NCBI GenBank assembly: GCA_965140695.1
Contig: OZ223297.1
Span: forward strand, 2,218,325-2,282,324
From: an uncultured Amphritea sp.
GTDB lineage: Bacteria > Pseudomonadota > Gammaproteobacteria > Pseudomonadales > Balneatricaceae
Length of the DNA: 64,000 nt
Direction of reading: 5' to 3'
Below, piece by piece: positions 20,813 to 31,988 of this stretch. Under the pieces are notes generated by a model that worked only from the letters and a program-made list of their open reading frames with translations, made no database searches and had not been told where the DNA came from. The number at the start of each line of letters is the position of its first letter. Positions within the stretch are counted from its first letter, which is position 1. The position numbers and the translations under genes were made by a program.

Positions 20813-21889
20813 ATGAAACGTATTGCAAAGTCGCTTAAAAATGCATTATCTACCGCCACCGTCGCGTCCCTGTTAGTTGCTGCAACAACATCTGTTGTAC
20901 AGGCAGATGATGAAAAAATTCGCTGGAAAGTACAGGCTGTTTTTGGCACCCATCTTCCTGCTTTGGGAGACCCAATCAAACTGGTCGCTGAGCAGATAAA
21001 AAATGCTTCGGGTGGTGATATTCAGTTTAAGGTGTATGAGCCAGGAAAACTTGTTCCCCCTTTTGGTATCACTGAAGCTATAAAAAATAAGCAGTTAAAT
21101 GCCGGTTATACCTGGTTGGGTTATGACCAGGGTAAGATTCCTGCGGCTGCGTTACTGGCTGCGGTCCCTTTCGGTATGGAACCCTGGGAGTATGCGAGCT
21201 GGTGGTATGAGGGGGAAGGTAAGAAACTTGCTGAAGATCTCTATGCTAAACACAATGTTCATCCGGTGCTGTGTAGTGTCATCGGGCCTGAAACTGCAGG
21301 CTGGTTTAAGAATGAACTGAAAAGCATGGACGATTTCAAAGGGCTGAAGATCCGGTTTGCCGGTCTCGGTGGTAAAGTGCTGCAGAAAGCCGGGGCGTCT
21401 GTCACCGTGTTACCCGGTGGCGAAATCTTCCCTGCCCTGGAAAAGGGGGCCATCGATGCGTCAGAGTTTTCTATGCCTGCAATTGATCAGTTGATGGGCT
21501 TTGACAAAGTTGTTAAGAACAACTACTTCCCAGGCTGGCATCAAACTTTCACGGCGTCACATCTTGTCGTTAATAAAGAGACATGGGATGGGCTGGAGGA
21601 TTCCACAAAAGCCATCATCGATATGGCCTGTACTGCTGGTACTTTCCGCGCGCTGACCCGGGGGGAATCTCTGCAGGGGAAAGTTCTGGCTGGCTTTCCT
21701 GAGAAAGGCGTTACCGCCCGGAGCATGCCTAAAGAGATGCTGAGTGAGCTGAAAAACCTTACCGATGAGGTGATGCAGGAAGTCTCTGCTAAAGATGAAA
21801 ACTTCAAAGTCATCTATGAATCTCAGAAGGCCTTTATGGATGAATATAAAGCTTGGCGTAAGCTCGCTTACCTGCCTAAAGACCTTTAA
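20813..21889 (+). CDS. dctP: TRAP transporter substrate-binding protein
   Basis: Signal peptide; FKGLKIRFAG, LEKGAIDASEF and YFPGWHQ motifs. Confidence 0.9.
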   Translation: MKRIAKSLKNALSTATVASLLVAATTSVVQADDEKIRWKVQAVFGTHLPALGDPIKLVAEQIKNASGGDIQFKVYEPGKLVPPFGITEAIKNKQLNAGYTWLGYDQGKIPAAALLAAVPFGMEPWEYASWWYEGEGKKLAEDLYAKHNVHPVLCSVIGPETAGWFKNELKSMDDFKGLKIRFAGLGGKVLQKAGASVTVLPGGEIFPALEKGAIDASEFSMPAIDQLMGFDKVVKNNYFPGWHQTFTASHLVVNKETWDGLEDSTKAIIDMACTAGTFRALTRGESLQGKVLAGFPEKGVTARSMPKEMLSELKNLTDEVMQEVSAKDENFKVIYESQKAFMDEYKAWRKLAYLPKDL

Positions 21890-22022
21890 CGCATCCAACA
21901 CTCTTAACTCAAATAATCCATACGTTGCCCTGCTGACCTGACCCCAGGTCAGCATTACTCCTGTTCCTTTACGACACAGGCGGGGGGCGTGTGCCTGCAA
22001 GAGTCGTTCAGTGAGGAAAGTA

Positions 22023-22628
22023 ATGAAATCTGAACATATAAATTTACCAATCGATCATGTTGATCTGGACAGGTTGGCACACCATACAGAGTTGCCCCAC
22101 ACCCGGATATCAACCTCGATAGATAAGCTGCTGAACAGTATTGGCCATTTATTCTCATGGACCTGGATCGTGCTGATGGCCGTGATCATTCTCAATGTGT
22201 TTATGCGCTATGCGCTGGATGAGGGTCGCATAGAGCTTGAGGAGTTACAGTGGCATCTGTATGCCCTGGGCTGGCTGATGGGGCTTTCCTACTGTTATGT
22301 GCATGACGACCATGTACGGGTCGATCTGTTTCATGATCGGATGAAACTGAAAACTCAGGCCTGGATTGAACTTCTGGGGATCCTGTTTCTGTTGACGCCG
22401 TTCCTGATCATGGTGATGTGGTACGCGATTCCGTTTATCCGCTACTCCTGGGAGCTGGGAGAGGTTTCTGCAGCACCTGGCGGATTACCCTATCGGTGGG
22501 CAATTAAAGCGATACTGTTTATTTCATTCGCGCTGCTCTCTCTGGCCCTGATCTCGCGTTTGTCCAGAGTACTTAGTCTGCTGTTTATACCAAAAACAGC
22601 AAGCGAAAGCATATTGGTTAGGAGATAG
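22023..22628 (+). CDS. dctQ: TRAP transporter small permease
   Basis: ELQWHLY, HVRVDLF and GGLPYRW motifs; four TM segments. Confidence 0.9.
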   Translation: MKSEHINLPIDHVDLDRLAHHTELPHTRISTSIDKLLNSIGHLFSWTWIVLMAVIILNVFMRYALDEGRIELEELQWHLYALGWLMGLSYCYVHDDHVRVDLFHDRMKLKTQAWIELLGILFLLTPFLIMVMWYAIPFIRYSWELGEVSAAPGGLPYRWAIKAILFISFALLSLALISRLSRVLSLLFIPKTASESILVRR

Positions 22629-22636
22629 GTTACGTT

Positions 22637-23992
22637 ATGGAAATCAATGAAATTCTCGCTCTGACCATGTTTGGATGTTTTATCGTCTTTCTGTTCAGCG
22701 GTTTTCCCGTGGCCTGGGTGTTGGGCGGAGTTGCGCTGCTGTTTTCAGTCATCGCAATGATGGCAGACCAATGGTTTGATGCCTTTATCGGTATTGACTG
22801 GAACTATGTGTCGATTGTTATCCCCCGAATCTGGGCGGTGATGACCAATTGGGTGTTGGTGGCTTTGCCGATGTTTGTGTTTATGGGCCTGATGCTGGAC
22901 CGCTCAGGGGTTGCCGAAGACCTGATGAGTAATCTGGCAAAACTATTTGGCAAGGTGCGTGGCGGTCTGGCCGTTACAGTAACCTTTGTTGGGCTACTGT
23001 TGGCCGCTTCAACCGGTATTATCGGTGCTTCGGTGGTGTTGTTAGCCGTACTGGGTGTGCCACTGATGATGCGGGAAGGTTATAGCAAGGAGCTGGCCTG
23101 CGGTACCGTATGTTCTACTGGTACTCTGGGAATTCTTATCCCTCCCAGCATCATGCTGGTCATGATGGGTGACCGGATTGGAATCTCTGTTGGTGATCTG
23201 TTTTTGGGCGCACTGTTCCCCGGCCTGTTACTGGCTCTGTTGTATGTCAGCTATATCATGATATTTGCCTGGTTGAAGCCTGAATCTGCTCCCGCTCCGC
23301 AGCATTCAGAGCGGGTGTCATTGAAAATTCTCCTGCAGGTACTTTGGTCTGTTTTGCCGACGGCGGGACTGATCTTAGCGGTGCTGGGATCGATCTTCTT
23401 TGGCATAGCGACGCCAACTGAGGCCTCAGGTGTTGGAGCGCTAGGCGCTACTCTGCTGGCTATGAGCAAGAAACGGCTGTCCCTTCAGGTACTGCGGGAA
23501 GTGAGTCATGAAACTACTAAAACGACTGCATTTATTTTTGCTCTGTTACTGGGTGCCACAGCGTTCTCGCTGATATTCCGGGGACTGGGTGGAGATGAAT
23601 TGATTGAAGGAACGTTGACCGGTCTGCCATTTGGTCCGACTGGGATTGTGATCTGTATTTTAACAGTGACCTTTATTCTGGGTTTCTTCCTTGACTGGAT
23701 TGAGTTGACTCTGATTATTTTGCCGCTGGTGGCTCCGGTCGTGGCGGGGCTGGGATTTGATCTGGTCTGGTTCACTGTGTTGTTTGCGGTTTGTTTACAA
23801 ACCTCTTTCCTGACGCCACCGGTTGGCTTTGCGCTGTTTTACATGAAAGGGGTGGCTCCAGAGGGGATCTCGCTGGGGCATATATACAGGGGTGTGATGC
23901 CGTTCATTATCATCCAGCTTATCGGGCTGGTCATTGTTTTCTATTGGCAGGGGATTGTTACCTGGTTACCTGCTATCGCGTATTCACAGTAA
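22637..23992 (+). CDS. dctM: TRAP transporter large permease
   Basis: ALPMFVFMG, GTLGILIPPS, TPTEA and SFLTPPVG motifs. Confidence 0.92.
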   Translation: MEINEILALTMFGCFIVFLFSGFPVAWVLGGVALLFSVIAMMADQWFDAFIGIDWNYVSIVIPRIWAVMTNWVLVALPMFVFMGLMLDRSGVAEDLMSNLAKLFGKVRGGLAVTVTFVGLLLAASTGIIGASVVLLAVLGVPLMMREGYSKELACGTVCSTGTLGILIPPSIMLVMMGDRIGISVGDLFLGALFPGLLLALLYVSYIMIFAWLKPESAPAPQHSERVSLKILLQVLWSVLPTAGLILAVLGSIFFGIATPTEASGVGALGATLLAMSKKRLSLQVLREVSHETTKTTAFIFALLLGATAFSLIFRGLGGDELIEGTLTGLPFGPTGIVICILTVTFILGFFLDWIELTLIILPLVAPVVAGLGFDLVWFTVLFAVCLQTSFLTPPVGFALFYMKGVAPEGISLGHIYRGVMPFIIIQLIGLVIVFYWQGIVTWLPAIAYSQ

Positions 23993-24070
23993 CCCAGAAG
24001 GAGACTGCTAATGAAATGTTCAATATTGCAGTCACTTTTCTCTTTTATGATTGGAACAATAGGTGTTGAT

Positions 24071-25228
24071 ATGTCTACTCAAATAATTCTGCCGCGTATT
24101 ATGCAGGCTGGTGAAAATGCCAGCCATGAACTGCCAAATATCCTAACCAGTCTGGGGTGTAAGAAGCCTCTGATCATTACCGATAAGGTGATGGTGGGGT
24201 TGGGATATATCACCAATATTGAGAATAATCTGGCCAATCACCGGATCTTCTGTGATGTGTTTGATGACACCGTGCCGGAACCGACGGTTAACTCGATTAT
24301 GGCCGGAGTGGAAAAAGTTTATAACGGTGACTACGACTCAATTGTTGCAGTCGGTGGTGGTAGTCCGATTGATAGTGCTAAGGCCATATCGATACTGGGT
24401 AAACTGGGTGGCGAGATGCGGGATTATAAATTCCCCCGTATCGTTAATGAAGCGGGATTGCCCATTATCGCAATTCCCACTACCGCAGGAACTGGCTCCG
24501 AGGTGACTAAGTTCACCATTATCACTGATGAGAGATGTGATGAAAAAATGCTTTGCGTCGGGATTGGGTTTATGCCGGTGGCAGCACTGGTCGATTTCAA
24601 TTTAACCCTGAGTCTGCCTCCTCGTATTACTGCTGATACCGGCATCGATGCGCTGACCCATGCGATGGAAGCCTATGTCAGTCAGAAAGCCAATGACTAC
24701 AGTGACTCGCAGGCATTGGCGGCGATGCGACTGATCGGTCCTAATCTTCGTCGGGCCTATCATGATGGTCAGGATAAAGCGGCCCGGGAAGCAATGATGC
24801 TGGGCTCAACTCTGGCGGGGGTGGCTTTTTCCAACGCCTCTGTAGCATTGGTTCACGGTATGAGTCGTCCGATCGGGGCTTTCTTCCATGTGCCTCATGG
24901 ACTCTCTAACGCCATGTTATTGCCCGCCGTGACCGAGTTCTCAATCCCATCCGCTGCTGAAAGGTATGCTGATTGTGCCCGGGCTATGGGGGTGGCGAGT
25001 GAGCAGGATAGCACTGAAATCGCTAATACGAAGTTACTCGATGAGCTGAATGCGCTGAATAAGGAGCTGGAAGTCCCGACACCGGCACAGTATGGCATTA
25101 AGCGTGAGGAGTTCTTCTCTAAAATGCCGTTAATGGCCGAACAGGCACTGGCATCAGGTTCACCCAATAATAACCCCAAAGTTCCCAGCGCTGACGATAT
25201 CGTGCAACTGTATCAGCAGCTTTGGTAA
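24071..25228 (+). CDS. Iron-containing alcohol dehydrogenase
   Basis: GGGSPIDSAK, PTTAGTGSE, DALTHAMEAY, VHGMS and PHG motifs. Confidence 0.92.
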   Translation: MSTQIILPRIMQAGENASHELPNILTSLGCKKPLIITDKVMVGLGYITNIENNLANHRIFCDVFDDTVPEPTVNSIMAGVEKVYNGDYDSIVAVGGGSPIDSAKAISILGKLGGEMRDYKFPRIVNEAGLPIIAIPTTAGTGSEVTKFTIITDERCDEKMLCVGIGFMPVAALVDFNLTLSLPPRITADTGIDALTHAMEAYVSQKANDYSDSQALAAMRLIGPNLRRAYHDGQDKAAREAMMLGSTLAGVAFSNASVALVHGMSRPIGAFFHVPHGLSNAMLLPAVTEFSIPSAAERYADCARAMGVASEQDSTEIANTKLLDELNALNKELEVPTPAQYGIKREEFFSKMPLMAEQALASGSPNNNPKVPSADDIVQLYQQLW

Positions 25229-25289
25229 ATCCAGGATATTCCTGATTTTTCTAACAATTACTTCATTCCATAAAATAACAGGTAAAAAT

Positions 25290-26786
25290 ATGATGACTAT
25301 CGGACATCTGATCAACGGTGAAACCATACTCGAAGGCGGTCGCAGCCAGGAAGTTTTTAATCCGGCGACTGGTCAGGCTGAAAAACGTGTTGAACTGGCT
25401 TCCGCTGTCACTGTAAAGCAGGCTATCGCCAACGCAGAATCGGCTTATTCAGAATGGCGCAATACGCCACCCATTAAGCGTGCCCGGATAATGTTCAAGT
25501 TTAAAGAGCTGCTTGAGAGTAATGCAGAGCGAATCTGTGAACTGATTGGTGAAGAACACGGTAAGATCAGTCATGATGCCATGGGTGAACTTCAACGGGG
25601 CATAGAGAATGTCGAATATGCTTGCGGTATCCCTGAGTTATTGAAGGGGGAGCACAGTCGGAATGTAGGTCCGGGTATTGATTCCTGGAGTGAGTTTCAG
25701 CCTTTAGGTGTTGTGGCGGGTATTACGCCGTTTAACTTCCCGGCGATGGTACCGATGTGGATGTTTCCTATGGCGATCGCTGCAGGTAATACCTTTGTGC
25801 TTAAACCATCGGAGCGGGATCCATCCTCGACGCTATATATTGCTCAGTTGTTACACGAAGCCGGGCTGCCAGCCGGTGTGCTTAACGTTGTAAATGGTGA
25901 TAAAGAAGCGGTTGATACGCTGCTGAATGATGAGCGGATTAAGGCGGTCAGCTTTGTCGGTTCAACCCCTATCGCTGAATATATCTACAGCACCGCCAGT
26001 GCTAACGGTAAACGCTGTCAGGCGCTGGGTGGGGCGAAAAACCATGCCATCGTGATGCCTGATGCAGATATGGATAATGCTGTGAATCAGTTGTTGGGGG
26101 CAGCGTTCGGATCTTCTGGTGAGCGTTGTATGGCGTTGTCAGTTGCAGTAGCTGTCGGTGATGCTGCAGCGGAGGCGCTGATCGAAAAAATGAGTGAAGC
26201 GATGCAGGGGCTTAGTGTTGGTGCTTATAGTGATAGCAATAATGATTTTGGTCCGGTGATCACTCGCCAGCACCAGCAAAAAGTTAACGGTTATATCGAC
26301 AGTGCGGAAGCCGATGGTGCGACAGTGGTGGTCGATGGACGTGATCCACAGGTGGCCGGTTATGAAAACGGCTTTTTTGTTGGTGCCACTCTGATTGATC
26401 GGGTTACGCCTGAGATGCAAAGCTATCAGGAAGAGATATTCGGGCCAGTGCTTCAAGTGGTACGGGTGAATACCATGGAAGAGGCGATGCAACTTATCAA
26501 TGATCACGAATACGGCAACGGTACCTGCATCTTTACCCGGGACGGTGAAGCTGCACGTTACTTCTCTGATAACATTCTGGTGGGGATGGTTGGAATTAAT
26601 GTACCGCTACCGGTACCCGTAGCTTACCATAGTTTCGGCGGCTGGAAGCGTTCGCTGTTTGGTGATCTGCATGCTTATGGCCCGGATGCGATTCGATTTT
26701 ATACGAAGCGTAAGACGATTACCCAGCGCTGGCCCTCTGCAGGTGTGCGTGAAGGTGTGTCTTTCTCCATGCCTACAATGAAGTAG
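25290..26786 (+). CDS. mmsA: CoA-acylating (methyl)malonate-semialdehyde dehydrogenase
   Basis: ITPFNFPAMVPMWMFP, SFVGSTPI, GAKNH, GERCMA, EEIFGPV and GINVPLPVP motifs. Confidence 0.93.
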   Translation: MMTIGHLINGETILEGGRSQEVFNPATGQAEKRVELASAVTVKQAIANAESAYSEWRNTPPIKRARIMFKFKELLESNAERICELIGEEHGKISHDAMGELQRGIENVEYACGIPELLKGEHSRNVGPGIDSWSEFQPLGVVAGITPFNFPAMVPMWMFPMAIAAGNTFVLKPSERDPSSTLYIAQLLHEAGLPAGVLNVVNGDKEAVDTLLNDERIKAVSFVGSTPIAEYIYSTASANGKRCQALGGAKNHAIVMPDADMDNAVNQLLGAAFGSSGERCMALSVAVAVGDAAAEALIEKMSEAMQGLSVGAYSDSNNDFGPVITRQHQQKVNGYIDSAEADGATVVVDGRDPQVAGYENGFFVGATLIDRVTPEMQSYQEEIFGPVLQVVRVNTMEEAMQLINDHEYGNGTCIFTRDGEAARYFSDNILVGMVGINVPLPVPVAYHSFGGWKRSLFGDLHAYGPDAIRFYTKRKTITQRWPSAGVREGVSFSMPTMK

Positions 26787-26983
26787 TTAGCTTCACATAT
26801 TGACGATAGCTTTGGTCTCAGCTTGTCCCTATGATTCTGAAGCTGTTAACTTGTGAGCACTACCAATGCTGATTTTGCATTGGAATTTTCAGGCTACGTT
26901 ACTGCCGTTGGCAGGCGTGGCCCTTTTTATTTCAGTCATCGCTAATCTATAATGGCGAGTGACTTTTTAAGAGTGAATTTACC

Positions 26984-27763
26984 ATGACTTCTCAGCGAAG
27001 GGATAAAGGCTCTAGTATCTCCCGGGTATTGGAAATAATCGAAGCGGTGGCCAGTACTGAACGTCCGTTAAGTGCTGCTGATCTCGCGTTACAGCTGGAT
27101 ATTCCTAAACCCAGTATGCATCGATTATTGCAGCAACTTGAATCTGAGGGATATCTGCAAACGAATATGCGAGGTTTGCTTGTGCCAGCTAAACGTTTGC
27201 AGAGTATCGCACTGGGAATTCTTTATGCCGGTCAGTTTAAAGCACAGCGTCAGGCAATATTACAAAATCTTGCTGAAAAAATTGGTGAAACCTGCGGTAT
27301 TTCTATTCCTACTGGCACCGAGATGATCTATTACGATCGGGTGCAGACCAACTGGCCTTTGCAGATCCATCTGCCAGTGGGTAGCCATATACCAATATGG
27401 TGTTCTGCCAGTGGCAAACTTTACCTTAGTTCGCTTACCAAAGGCCGGCGTCAACGGATCGTCAATAACTTACCTTTACAAAAACTTGCCCGCAATACAC
27501 AAACGGATCCGGCAACGCTGGAAGAGGAACTGAAAATTATCGCCCAGTCTGAGCTCGGCATAGATAATGAGGAGTTTGTAGATGGCATGGTGGCGATTTC
27601 AGTACCGATAAAGGACCGCCGGGGGCGTTTGTTTGCCTGCCTGTTTACCCATGCACCGGTTTTGCGTAAAAGTCTGAAAGAGTTATTGGAATATGAGCAA
27701 ATTTTACGTCAGGCTGCAGAGGAACTGGGTTGTTTAATTGAAGAGGATGAAGAGATTTTATAG
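26984..27763 (+). CDS. IclR family transcriptional regulator
   Basis: N-terminal HTH (LDIPKPSMHRLL); CSASGK effector domain. Confidence 0.9.
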   Translation: MTSQRRDKGSSISRVLEIIEAVASTERPLSAADLALQLDIPKPSMHRLLQQLESEGYLQTNMRGLLVPAKRLQSIALGILYAGQFKAQRQAILQNLAEKIGETCGISIPTGTEMIYYDRVQTNWPLQIHLPVGSHIPIWCSASGKLYLSSLTKGRRQRIVNNLPLQKLARNTQTDPATLEEELKIIAQSELGIDNEEFVDGMVAISVPIKDRRGRLFACLFTHAPVLRKSLKELLEYEQILRQAAEELGCLIEEDEEIL

Positions 27764-28174
27764 TCGATGATAGGATAGTTGTAACCGTTGTCGACGTTAG
27801 AAAACTTTTATTCAGCAAGGATCGTTAGTATTAATTTTACATATCATGACCTGATCTGATGGTTATACTGCATCACTGAGCCCCGTCTATGGGGGGTGAC
27901 ATGTTCGCGTTCCTTGTGGGGGGAGTTATTAACATGAGGAAGAAAATCTCCGATTTTTAAGTTAAGCAGATACCTTCAGTTAGTATTCACGGCAGGCTAT
28001 GGATGTCTGAGCCCCATTTCTCACTTAGTTTCTCTTTCAATTTCCCCTTTAATTTTACGACGGGACTGGCGCCAGCTGGTCATTTAGTCAAGAATACGCG
28101 TATCTGATCTGGTCGCCTTTGATTGTGGCCATCAACTAAGTTATTCCCGTTCCATATTATTGAGACATCTATCT

Positions 28175-29089
28175 ATGTTGAGTGACACATCGACCCGTTT
28201 AAATAAATATATCAGTGACAGTGGTATCTGCTCCCGCCGGGATGCGGATCGTTTTATTGAACAGGGTAATGTGTTTATCAATGGTAAGCGTGCAGCGATT
28301 GGTGACCGGGTTTTCCCAGGCGATCTGGTGAAGGTGAATGGTCAGGCGATTGATCCGGAAGAAGCGGAAGATCTTGTCTTTATTGCGTTGAATAAACCGG
28401 TGGGCGTTGTCAGCACCACGGAGGGAAGTGAACGCAACAATATCGTCGATTTTGTCAATCACAGTACCCGGATCTTTCCTATCGGCCGGTTGGATAAAGA
28501 CTCTCAGGGGCTTATCTTTCTGACCAATAATGGCGATCTGGTGAATAAGATTCTGCGCGCCGGTAATAAGCATGAGAAAGAGTATCTGGTAACGGTGAAC
28601 AAGCCGATCACCGATGAGTTTATTACCGGAATGAGTGCCGGGGTGCCGATGCTCGGTAAGGTCACCAAAAAATGTAAGATCACCAAAGAGGCACCGAAGG
28701 TGTTTCGTATCACCCTGATCCAGGGTCTTAACCGTCAGATTCGCCGGATGTGTGAGCACTTCAATTATGAAGTCACAAAGCTGGAACGGGTGCGCATTAT
28801 GAATGTCGATCTCAAAGGTTTGCCGGTGGGCGAATGGCGGGATCTGGCAGAGGATGAACTGAAGGAGATTTTAAAAGCGGCGGCGGCCTCTTCATCGGAA
28901 GCACCTGCGGGGCAGAAAAAGCGGTCTGGTGGCGGGCAGAGTAAAAAAGCCGGTGGCCAGACTAAAAAGGCAACGGCACCGCGAAACAAGCAGAAATCCA
29001 GAACAGGTGGTTCGGGGTATTCGCCCAAATCCGGTGAAAGTCCACGGGGTAAATCGGGGCGGACTGCGAGAAAACCGCGACGTCGCTAA
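28175..29089 (+). CDS. rluF: 23S rRNA pseudouridine(2604) synthase
   Basis: RLNKYIS S4 domain, IGRLDKDS and GLNRQIRRM motifs; basic C-terminal tail. Confidence 0.92.
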   Translation: MLSDTSTRLNKYISDSGICSRRDADRFIEQGNVFINGKRAAIGDRVFPGDLVKVNGQAIDPEEAEDLVFIALNKPVGVVSTTEGSERNNIVDFVNHSTRIFPIGRLDKDSQGLIFLTNNGDLVNKILRAGNKHEKEYLVTVNKPITDEFITGMSAGVPMLGKVTKKCKITKEAPKVFRITLIQGLNRQIRRMCEHFNYEVTKLERVRIMNVDLKGLPVGEWRDLAEDELKEILKAAAASSSEAPAGQKKRSGGGQSKKAGGQTKKATAPRNKQKSRTGGSGYSPKSGESPRGKSGRTARKPRRR

Positions 29090-29154
29090 TTTATCAGAAC
29101 CTAATATCAGAACCCCTCAGGCCTCTGAGGGATTCAATCTATCTCTTCAAAAAA

Positions 29155-29370
29155 TTAGCTATTTTCTATCCTGAAGCCAACCTTCAGAGTCACCTGGAAG
29201 TGGCCGACCTCACCATTGACGACATGGCCACGGGTTTCGACCACTTCAAACCAGTCGAGATTCTTGATCGTTTTACTGCACTCAGCCAGAGCATTACGGA
29301 TCGCATCATCTGTACTTTTTGGTGATGAACCAACAATTTCTATTTTTCTGTAGGTATGGTGATCAGACAT
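29155..29370 (-). CDS. Dodecin (flavin-binding)
   Basis: YRKIEIVGSS...WFEVVETRG...FQVTLKVGF. Confidence 0.92.
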   Translation of the reverse strand: MSDHHTYRKIEIVGSSPKSTDDAIRNALAECSKTIKNLDWFEVVETRGHVVNGEVGHFQVTLKVGFRIENS

Positions 29371-29474
29371 TTTTAACTCCTGTGCAGACTGATTGTTTAA
29401 ACTACAGGATAAAGGGTATCTTAAAAATCGCAACCGGGGAGGGGCTGCAGCGACCAGAACAGGTCAGTCCGGCT

Positions 29475-30062
29475 TTATCTGCAGACATCCTGACGGTAGT
29501 GAAGTATGTTGTGAAAGGTTGCCGGTGTCTGTGAATGATTTCGATAGCCATGGGGGGTGTCGCCAGCAAAACGCACCGATGCGCCTTGTGTCAGTTTTAG
29601 CCACTCGCCATCCACCAGTATCTCAATCTCGCCGCTGATAACAATGACATGCTCTGTTACCCCCTCAATATGAGGTTCTGAAAGTCGTTCATAACCGGGC
29701 AGCAGGGTTAATTCAAACATCTCAAAACCAAACTGCTCCTCATAGGGAAAGATGGGAGCTATTGGGGAGCCGTCGTTTGCCAGTATTGTCGATTGTAATG
29801 AGGGCGGGCGAAAAAGGGTGTGTCTGCTGGCGTCGGCCGGAGGCTCTATCAGGCTTGAAAGTGACTGATTAAAGCCCTTGGATATTTTCCATAGCGTGGC
29901 AATGGTCGGGCTTGATTCGCCCCGCTCTATCTGGCCTAGCATCGCTTTACTGACCCCGGTCTGGCGGGCGGCATGGTCAAGGCTCCAGTTTTTCCCCTGG
30001 CGTAGTGCTTTTAAGGTTTTTGCAAGGTACTGATTTATTTCCTGCACAGGGTTTTCCGTCAT
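29475..30062 (-). CDS. XRE HTH-cupin regulator (SutR/YdcN-like)
   Basis: GVSKAMLGQIERGESSPT and EHVIVISG motifs; divergent from benE. Confidence 0.9.
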   Translation of the reverse strand: MTENPVQEINQYLAKTLKALRQGKNWSLDHAARQTGVSKAMLGQIERGESSPTIATLWKISKGFNQSLSSLIEPPADASRHTLFRPPSLQSTILANDGSPIAPIFPYEEQFGFEMFELTLLPGYERLSEPHIEGVTEHVIVISGEIEILVDGEWLKLTQGASVRFAGDTPHGYRNHSQTPATFHNILHYRQDVCR

Positions 30063-30085
30063 AGGTGAAAGGTACATTTTTTATT

Positions 30086-30137
30086 GTGCGTTATAGCGCA
30101 CGATGTTACTCTGCTGGCCTTGACCGTTATAGCGCAC
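30086..30137. promoter_or_regulatory. Probable XRE operator: palindrome plus second partial copy
   Basis: GTGCG-TTATAG-CGCAC at 30086-30101; CGTTATAGCGCAC repeated at 30125-30137 in the divergent intergenic region. Confidence 0.6.
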
Positions 30138-30170
30138 AGCGTGGTTGTCAGAGTGTATGAGGATGTCAGC

Positions 30171-31352
30171 ATGGGATCAACAATGGATCGGCAAAGGATA
30201 AAAAGTTTTTTCAGCCTGTCACATGTTTCAGCGGGTTTTGTTGCGGTGTTAGTCGGCTATACCAGCTCTGCGGTAATAATCTTTCAGGCAGCTGGTGCTG
30301 CGGGTGCCTCTGAAGCAGAAGTGAGTTCCTGGTTGTGGGCACTGGGAATCGGCATGGGGCTGACCAGTATTGGGTTATCTGTCTACTTTCGCACGCCTGT
30401 TTTAACCGCCTGGTCGACACCGGGGGCTGCACTTCTGGTAACGGCACTTTCCGGCATACCAATCAATGAAGCGATCGGTATCTTTCTGTTCAGTTCCGCT
30501 CTGATTCTGCTATGCGGTGTCACCGGCTGGTTTGAAAAAATTATGCACCATGTGCCGATGCCTCTTGCTGGCGCTATGCTTGCTGGCGTTTTGCTGCAGT
30601 TTGGCCTGGATCTGTTTCAGGTAATGGAATCGAACCTGTTGCTGGTCGGGATGATGTTAGCTGCTTTTATCGCCGTAAAAGTCTTCCTGCCACGTTATAC
30701 CATTCCCATTGTTTTGCTGGTGGGCAGTGTGTTGTCATTTTATCAGGGGCAACTGAATATAGACGTGCTCAGCTGGCAGTTATCAGCGCCGGTCTGGGTG
30801 ACTCCGACATTTAACCTGCAAAGTATTATCGGTGTCGGGGTACCACTGTTTATTATCACCATGGCGTCGCAGAATGTACCGGGTGTTGCGGTGTTGCGCG
30901 CTAATGGCTATGAAACGCCGGTGTCGCCGCTGCTGACCTGGACCGGTTTTGCCGGGGTGGTGCTGGCTCCTTTTGGCGGTTTCTCATTCAACCTGGCGGC
31001 GATTACGGCGGCGATCTGCATGGGCGATGAAGCCGGGCAGGATCGGTCTAAACGCTATATGGCGTCAGTGTGGGCCGGGGGTTTTTATCTGTTGACGGGG
31101 TTGTTCGGTTCGACTATCGCCGCATTATTTTCTGCTTTTCCAACGGCACTGGTGATGGCTATTGCGGGACTGGCGCTGCTGAGTACCATCGGTAACAGTT
31201 TGTCGGCGGCACTGGCTGATCCGGGTGACAGAGAAGCGGCGTTGCTGACCTTCTTAGTCACCGCCTCGGGACTAAACCTGCTGGGTATCAGCAGCGCATT
31301 CTGGGGGTTGTGCATCGGCCTGATCGCCTACTATGTGCAGAAAAAAAGTTAA
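30171..31352 (+). CDS. benE: BenE family benzoate/H+ symporter (YdcO-like)
   Basis: AWSTPGAALL, MASQNVPG and NLAAITAAIC motifs. Confidence 0.9.
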   Translation: MGSTMDRQRIKSFFSLSHVSAGFVAVLVGYTSSAVIIFQAAGAAGASEAEVSSWLWALGIGMGLTSIGLSVYFRTPVLTAWSTPGAALLVTALSGIPINEAIGIFLFSSALILLCGVTGWFEKIMHHVPMPLAGAMLAGVLLQFGLDLFQVMESNLLLVGMMLAAFIAVKVFLPRYTIPIVLLVGSVLSFYQGQLNIDVLSWQLSAPVWVTPTFNLQSIIGVGVPLFIITMASQNVPGVAVLRANGYETPVSPLLTWTGFAGVVLAPFGGFSFNLAAITAAICMGDEAGQDRSKRYMASVWAGGFYLLTGLFGSTIAALFSAFPTALVMAIAGLALLSTIGNSLSAALADPGDREAALLTFLVTASGLNLLGISSAFWGLCIGLIAYYVQKKS

Positions 31353-31487
31353 TGATCACAGGCTTTGCCCAAGGTTACTCAATCCGCGTGTAATTGATCT
31401 GTTAACATGGAAAACTGATTCAATGTTTGATATTTATCTTCCGGATTTTCTTATTTAACTCCTCTCTGATTTGTTAAGGAAAACGTC

Positions 31488-31988
31488 GTGAAATTTTGTC
31501 TGAAGCTATTCTCAATAGTGTTAATGCTGGTGCTCTATGGTTGTTCGGCATCGGTGCCAAAACCTGATAAAGGCCCAGTGGCAAATCTGGATGTGGTCGG
31601 TGTGAATTTTTCGCCTGACCGCTCAATCGTGAGCAACATTGAAAATCTATGGGTTGAACTGTCCAGCAATGATGGCACCTGGAGTGGCAATTATGTTTTA
31701 AAGCAGGGAGAGCCTGAAAAAGCATTCGTCATTCCCGCGAACAAAAACGTGAAAATGGTGTTGAATGTGATGCAGGGCGGATATGGTTTCGACAGCAGCT
31801 GTGGTGCTAGTCTGGATATTAAGCCAGAAGAGCATGCAAAGCTGCGGGCAGAGTTCGAATTTTACCGGGAGACTTCGGGAAAAGTGATCACTGGATGTGA
31901 TATCCGCCTGTACTCCGGTTCAAAGCTTGTTGATACCTATAGTGGTGGTGCAAATATCACAAAGTACGTGATTAAATTCTTGTATTAG
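31488..31988 (+). CDS. Hypothetical lipoprotein
   Basis: Lipobox LYGC after a hydrophobic signal. Confidence 0.75.
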   Translation: MKFCLKLFSIVLMLVLYGCSASVPKPDKGPVANLDVVGVNFSPDRSIVSNIENLWVELSSNDGTWSGNYVLKQGEPEKAFVIPANKNVKMVLNVMQGGYGFDSSCGASLDIKPEEHAKLRAEFEFYRETSGKVITGCDIRLYSGSKLVDTYSGGANITKYVIKFLY

